From Obrimoposthia wandeli (lineage: Eukaryota), in assembly GCA_977020255.1 (NCBI GenBank), contig CDROCS010001419.1:372001-436000 (forward strand): 64,000 nucleotides of DNA. The letters run 5' to 3'. This document shows positions 59,882-64,000 of the stretch, piece after piece (position 1 is the first letter of the stretch; each line of letters starts with the position of its first letter). Below the pieces are notes generated by a model. That model made no database searches, was not told where the DNA came from, and saw only the letters and a program-made list of their open reading frames with translations. The translations under genes were made by a program, and so were the position numbers.

Positions 59882-62134
59882 TCATATCTTGATGGGAGGT
59901 GGAGGTAAGGGTCGCAATTCCACTTCCTCCATGATGGGTGTGTCACAGCATCGCAATCCTTCGCATTTTCGTCGTATTCCTGGGCATACTTGACTGCCTT
60001 TTACGCACACGATTGTAAGTAGAACCACCGCTGTTGACACTACGGCCATTCCAATTAGGGCATTGACTGCTGTTATTCCGCTGTCTGATGTTTTATAATC
60101 ATACTTCATTTTGTTGTTTGTTGGTTCGAATGATATTTCCATGGGTTTTGATCGGTTTCCATGTATTATATCCGATTTTCTAAAAATTCGGGGATTTGGG
60201 TGTTTTGTTTCTGATGGAACAGGTATTATTATTTTGGATTGGAAATGATGTTTGGGATCTAGTGGGATCGTTCCCCTCACTCTTGTCCTCTTAATAATTG
60301 TACTTTGGTTTCTGGGATTGGACTCTTTTTCTTTCGCTTCTGTCTTTGTTTTGATCACTGTCGGTTTCTTGGAATGTCGTTTACTTTCGATTACCTTTGC
60401 CTTCTTTTTGACTAGGATTGGTCTTCTGGGAATGATTTTCCTGGGTTTGATACTTATACCGTATCTGCGAAATCGACGGTTCTGGTATCTTAGAGTTATG
60501 TAGAATATTTCACCTGTTATTATCATGATTATGGTCGAGGTCTCTGTAGAATTACTGGCAATTCGATTACACAGACATTCTGTGTTAAAATGTGGTACTA
60601 ACATTTGGCTTTGGATTTCGAATCTGATTACGCCATCTGGGTTGGGACACATTACTGTCACGCTGTCAGTTTCTAGCAATCTGAAAAATAACCTAACGGA
60701 ATTCCATACGGCTTTACGTCGTCTACCTGTGATCATAATCCTGTCGACAATTTTCCAGATGCGCTCATCTCTAGGTAATATTAATGACTTTGTTCGGATA
60801 CTTTGGATAATCCGCTTCCTCTTTGATATTGTTATCCGTAGGTATAACACTCTTTCATGATGCAATAATATTAAATTGTAAACGGGTGTATGTTGGTCGA
60901 TTTTTATTCTGACCTGTCGGATGACATACAATTTCTGATCGATATTGTCAGTTGCTGACGTCTGTAGATGAATGTCTACTACGTGATTTGTTTTTAGTAG
61001 GGGAATTTCTATGTATATTGCCCGTATTACGTCTTGTCTCCATTTACTGATCATGATCTCATAACTAGCCTTGGTAGTGGTGATTTGTACGATCAGCATG
61101 ATTCCTATGATCGTTCGATTCCTAAACTCAGGAACTTCAATGAAACAAGTCAAATTACTCATATAGTACGGTCTTTCCTCGATGTGTTCGTATATCGTTG
61201 GCTGGTACTCTGGTGCTGGTTCATCTAAAAATGGTGGTCTTGGTATTATTGTGTTGAATTTTTGTAAGTTCATTTGACCTGTTCGTCTTGCGAGATCATG
61301 ACGTTTCTTTTTTGATCTCGACTCTATCTTTGAACAACAAAACAAGATGAGTAATATTAATATTATAAATCCAATGATCAGTGCGAGTATTGGATTAACC
61401 AATTCTAGAATACCATAACGTACTGCTGGTATTCCTTTACTCTTGATGGTTAATATCTTAAATTTGTGTGCACTTTGGTTGGACATGTCACTGAGAAGCA
61501 CTATTTTAGTTTGTCCAAATATGTAGTCTTCACATGTGACAACACTAACTCCATAATGTCCATTAAGTGTTATCATTTCGGTCGCTGGGACTATACACAT
61601 TCGTCCTGGACATCCTTTTACACACATGATCATCACGGCTCTACTGTGGGATGTCTTGATTATTTCTAGAGTGTTGTCTAGATTTCTCAAATGTAAATTA
61701 TATTCGGATAGTGTCATCAATTCGGCTTTACTGGTTGGCATGGCTTGCAGTACCAATCCAATTACTATTCCATAGATCAATCCTTGTGCAACGGTGCACA
61801 GGGCCTTGACTGACCTTTTGCAAAGGGTTTTAATTATCAATCGTTTGAGAGATATCTGCTTCTGATTTGTTCGTTTTGTTGTCTGTCGTTGTTTTGACAT
61901 CTCCTCGATTCCATCTCGTCCGATAATCAACTGTACCGGTTTACCTTGTATCGTCAACTTTCCGAATCCATTTTTGGCGGACAAGCATGTTTTATGTCCT
62001 TCCATTGTTTCAATTATCACTCTCTTACTTCCATACTCACGTGTTTTGATGACATCGCCGTTGAATATATACGTTGGTCCTTTTGTGTCAGCATCTTTTG
62101 TATTTCCTTTACAACTCGTTTTCTCCGCTTGCAT
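59882..62134 (-). CDS. 750-aa membrane polyprotein of unknown family (two signal-like segments, two TM anchors), in an env-like position
   Basis: Uninterrupted ORF with hydrophobic blocks GLIYGIVIGLVLQA, ILALIIGFIILILLILFCC, IIGIMLIVQI and ALIGMAVVSTAVVLLTIVCV. Confidence 0.75.
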   Translation of the reverse strand: MQAEKTSCKGNTKDADTKGPTYIFNGDVIKTREYGSKRVIIETMEGHKTCLSAKNGFGKLTIQGKPVQLIIGRDGIEEMSKQRQTTKRTNQKQISLKRLIIKTLCKRSVKALCTVAQGLIYGIVIGLVLQAMPTSKAELMTLSEYNLHLRNLDNTLEIIKTSHSRAVMIMCVKGCPGRMCIVPATEMITLNGHYGVSVVTCEDYIFGQTKIVLLSDMSNQSAHKFKILTIKSKGIPAVRYGILELVNPILALIIGFIILILLILFCCSKIESRSKKKRHDLARRTGQMNLQKFNTIIPRPPFLDEPAPEYQPTIYEHIEERPYYMSNLTCFIEVPEFRNRTIIGIMLIVQITTTKASYEIMISKWRQDVIRAIYIEIPLLKTNHVVDIHLQTSATDNIDQKLYVIRQVRIKIDQHTPVYNLILLHHERVLYLRITISKRKRIIQSIRTKSLILPRDERIWKIVDRIMITGRRRKAVWNSVRLFFRLLETDSVTVMCPNPDGVIRFEIQSQMLVPHFNTECLCNRIASNSTETSTIIMIITGEIFYITLRYQNRRFRRYGISIKPRKIIPRRPILVKKKAKVIESKRHSKKPTVIKTKTEAKEKESNPRNQSTIIKRTRVRGTIPLDPKHHFQSKIIIPVPSETKHPNPRIFRKSDIIHGNRSKPMEISFEPTNNKMKYDYKTSDSGITAVNALIGMAVVSTAVVLLTIVCVKGSQVCPGIRRKCEGLRCCDTPIMEEVELRPLPPPPIKI

Positions 62135-64000
62135 CCGGCGAATGTTGTTGATATTCGGTCAAGTGTGTGCTGTCGGTCAGCTTCGTAATCTATTCGGAAT
62201 TGATTCAGTATTCTGTTTTGTGGGTAAAATATCGCTTCATTTACTATGTTGTCTTCGATCCTTTCGTCTAGATACACAAGCACTTTGTTCGTTGGTCCAT
62301 TTGGTCTCTTCATCTTTACAAACTGAAATCTTTTACTGTCGGTTCTCATAGATCGAAGACATTTTCGGATGATCCACACATCAATTAGTCCTAACAACAC
62401 TAATAGCATCATCAGTGCCGGTGTATGGTACTGTATGGTGTAATTGTGGATTTCGTTGAACCAGGAACTATTTCCATGGTTGGAGCCTATTTCCTGTGCT
62501 CCCGTTATCGGCATTAAACAACTTAACAAGCCTATCGCTAGCAATCTTTGGTATTGAAAGCTGGGCACTGTTGTTGTAGCTTCATTTGTTTCTCGTTGTT
62601 GTTTCCTCTTTTCGGTGTATTTTTCTATTTCTCGAACGAGTAACGGTTTGAATTCCGTATTCGGTCTATTCTGTTTGATGTAGACCATCGCTTCTTCTGG
62701 CGTGTGACCATGGTACTCTACCAACAAGGATACACCTATGGTAGGCGCTAACATCGTACCTTTTTTCTGATATATCAGAACGCCGTTTCCTTCTGTGACT
62801 TCCGCTTGGATGGTTTGAGTCAATTTCGTCAGATGTTGTTGTGCATCGTTTATCTCTCGATTAGAAGCATGTATGTATCGAGTGGTGTCGTCTTCAGTAT
62901 TTTGACACAGACTAATTATCTCGTTTCCGACTTCAACAATATTGATTACTCGGTTGATACTGTGGAACTTTAATCCAGCAGTATCTATATCTCCTGGATG
63001 ACATAAAAATACTTTTGGCATTATCTGTGTAATTTTGTCGACTCCGGCTAAAAATAACCCAGTCAGTGATAATGCTTGGAGGAAATTCTTTTCCTTTGGA
63101 TCCTCAGGAATGTCGTCCATCCGTCTTTGTTCTTGCAACAGAAGTTGGTAATTTGCCAACTGTCCCAAAAAATTAAGATTTGGGTTTGCAATACTTCTTC
63201 TCTCCTGTAGGTATTTTAACGCTTCTAGTACCTGCATTCGTCTAGTCTTTATTAGATATGCTAATACTAGGGTTGCTGATCGAGAAATTCCTTTCTGACA
63301 ATGTACCAACACTTTTCCTTGGTTTCGGAGTTCTCTGTGAAGTATTTCGTTTGTTTCTACGAACCATTCGAGAAGATTAGCGTCCATTGAGTCTTTTACT
63401 CTTAATGTCATAGCTCTGATCGTCTGGTATTGCGATTTGTGATTCATTGTAACGTTGATCACATATGTTATCCCTTGTTCCAACAGTTTCTTTTCATCTG
63501 TTGCATCCTCCACATTTCCGAGGTATAACTTACCTGGAATGATCTCACTCATTGGTGGCATTAATTCTGACTCTTCAAGTTTTAGTCTTTCTAATCTCTT
63601 CTCTATCTGTTCGTCGATGTTAGTTAGTTTTGCCAGTTTCTTTCCTCTCAGCATTCGTATTGCTGGAGGGATATTCATCTTTGTCTCTGATGTCTGTTCC
63701 TTTGTTGAGTCTTCTTCCGACTCGGTCTCCTCTGCAGATTTAATTCGTCTTTCTTGTATATTCTGTTTCACGAATTCTATATTTTGTCTTTTTCTGCTCT
63801 CTTTAGCGAATTCAACCTCCATGGTTCTTCCGAATCGCTCTATTATGTTATCTTCGGATTCTGTTGATTCTGTATCGTTACTTTCCGGTTCGCTGTCTTC
63901 ACTAGACTCGCTCGAAGGGTATTCTGGTATGTCTGTCTGGACTGAAATTAATGAAGGTGTTAGAATAATTGGATTGATTTCCCCTTCGTATTTGTGAATC
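62017..64000 (-). CDS. Dual-specificity phosphatase plus pseudophosphatase polyprotein with a downstream membrane module; 5'-partial
   Basis: IIPGKLYLGN...VHCQKGISRS...RSIANPNLNF, then a second DSP-fold repeat lacking the catalytic motif. The frame stays open upstream of Met 63822 to the window edge (at least 660 codons). Confidence 0.9.
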   Translation of the reverse strand, partial: IHKYEGEINPIILTPSLISVQTDIPEYPSSESSEDSEPESNDTESTESEDNIIERFGRTMEVEFAKESRKRQNIEFVKQNIQERRIKSAEETESEEDSTKEQTSETKMNIPPAIRMLRGKKLAKLTNIDEQIEKRLERLKLEESELMPPMSEIIPGKLYLGNVEDATDEKKLLEQGITYVINVTMNHKSQYQTIRAMTLRVKDSMDANLLEWFVETNEILHRELRNQGKVLVHCQKGISRSATLVLAYLIKTRRMQVLEALKYLQERRSIANPNLNFLGQLANYQLLLQEQRRMDDIPEDPKEKNFLQALSLTGLFLAGVDKITQIMPKVFLCHPGDIDTAGLKFHSINRVINIVEVGNEIISLCQNTEDDTTRYIHASNREINDAQQHLTKLTQTIQAEVTEGNGVLIYQKKGTMLAPTIGVSLLVEYHGHTPEEAMVYIKQNRPNTEFKPLLVREIEKYTEKRKQQRETNEATTTVPSFQYQRLLAIGLLSCLMPITGAQEIGSNHGNSSWFNEIHNYTIQYHTPALMMLLVLLGLIDVWIIRKCLRSMRTDSKRFQFVKMKRPNGPTNKVLVYLDERIEDNIVNEAIFYPQNRILNQFRIDYEADRQHTLDRISTTFAGCKRRKRVVKEIQKMLTQKDQRIYSTAMSSKHVSMEVRE

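Larger units (their letters stand above)
55944..64000 (-). mobile_element. 3' portion of a large cargo-bearing LTR retroelement (Burro-like); continues beyond the window
   Basis: A 2-kb LTR preceded by five intact same-strand ORFs (DSP, membrane polyprotein, three RING). No gag or pol inside the window, so the class assignment relies on the LTR and on recalled Burro descriptions. Confidence 0.75.

Noticed and set aside
63455-63997. 180-aa plus-strand ORF, and other plus-strand ORFs at 58328-62351
   Set aside because: They are antisense shadows of the real minus-strand cargo genes and have no independent motifs.

Overview
AT-rich eukaryotic genomic DNA, most likely from a flatworm such as a planarian. 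This rests on a Platyhelminthes-type 5.8S rRNA copy and on a cargo-laden LTR retroelement resembling the giant 'Burro' elements reported from Schmidtea mediterranea. One host gene can be reconstructed completely: a 6-exon, 219-aa CRAL-TRIO (Sec14-like) lipid-transfer gene (1238-29632, +) with two tiny introns and three large, transposon-filled introns. The rest is mostly mobile DNA: a foldback element with a PHD relic, a decayed BEL/Pao element, a near-intact SPIN/GTF2IRD2-type hAT, an intact DD37D maT transposon, a MULE with a 5.8S rRNA insertion, a Polinton polymerase relic split by Gypsy pieces, a 2-kb solo LTR, a ubiquitin-like pseudogene and a Ginger/KRBA2-like fragment. The most striking part is 55944-64000, the 3' end of a large minus-strand LTR retroelement. 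It carries intact virus-like cargo: a tandem phosphatase/pseudophosphatase polyprotein, a 750-aa multi-membrane polyprotein and three RING-H2 ligases, one ending in a SUMO-interacting motif. Its 2-kb LTR holds a 20-bp B-box-like tandem array and a 12-unit hairpin/unique-spacer array with compensatory base changes. All calls come from reading the sequence by eye; no searches were run.
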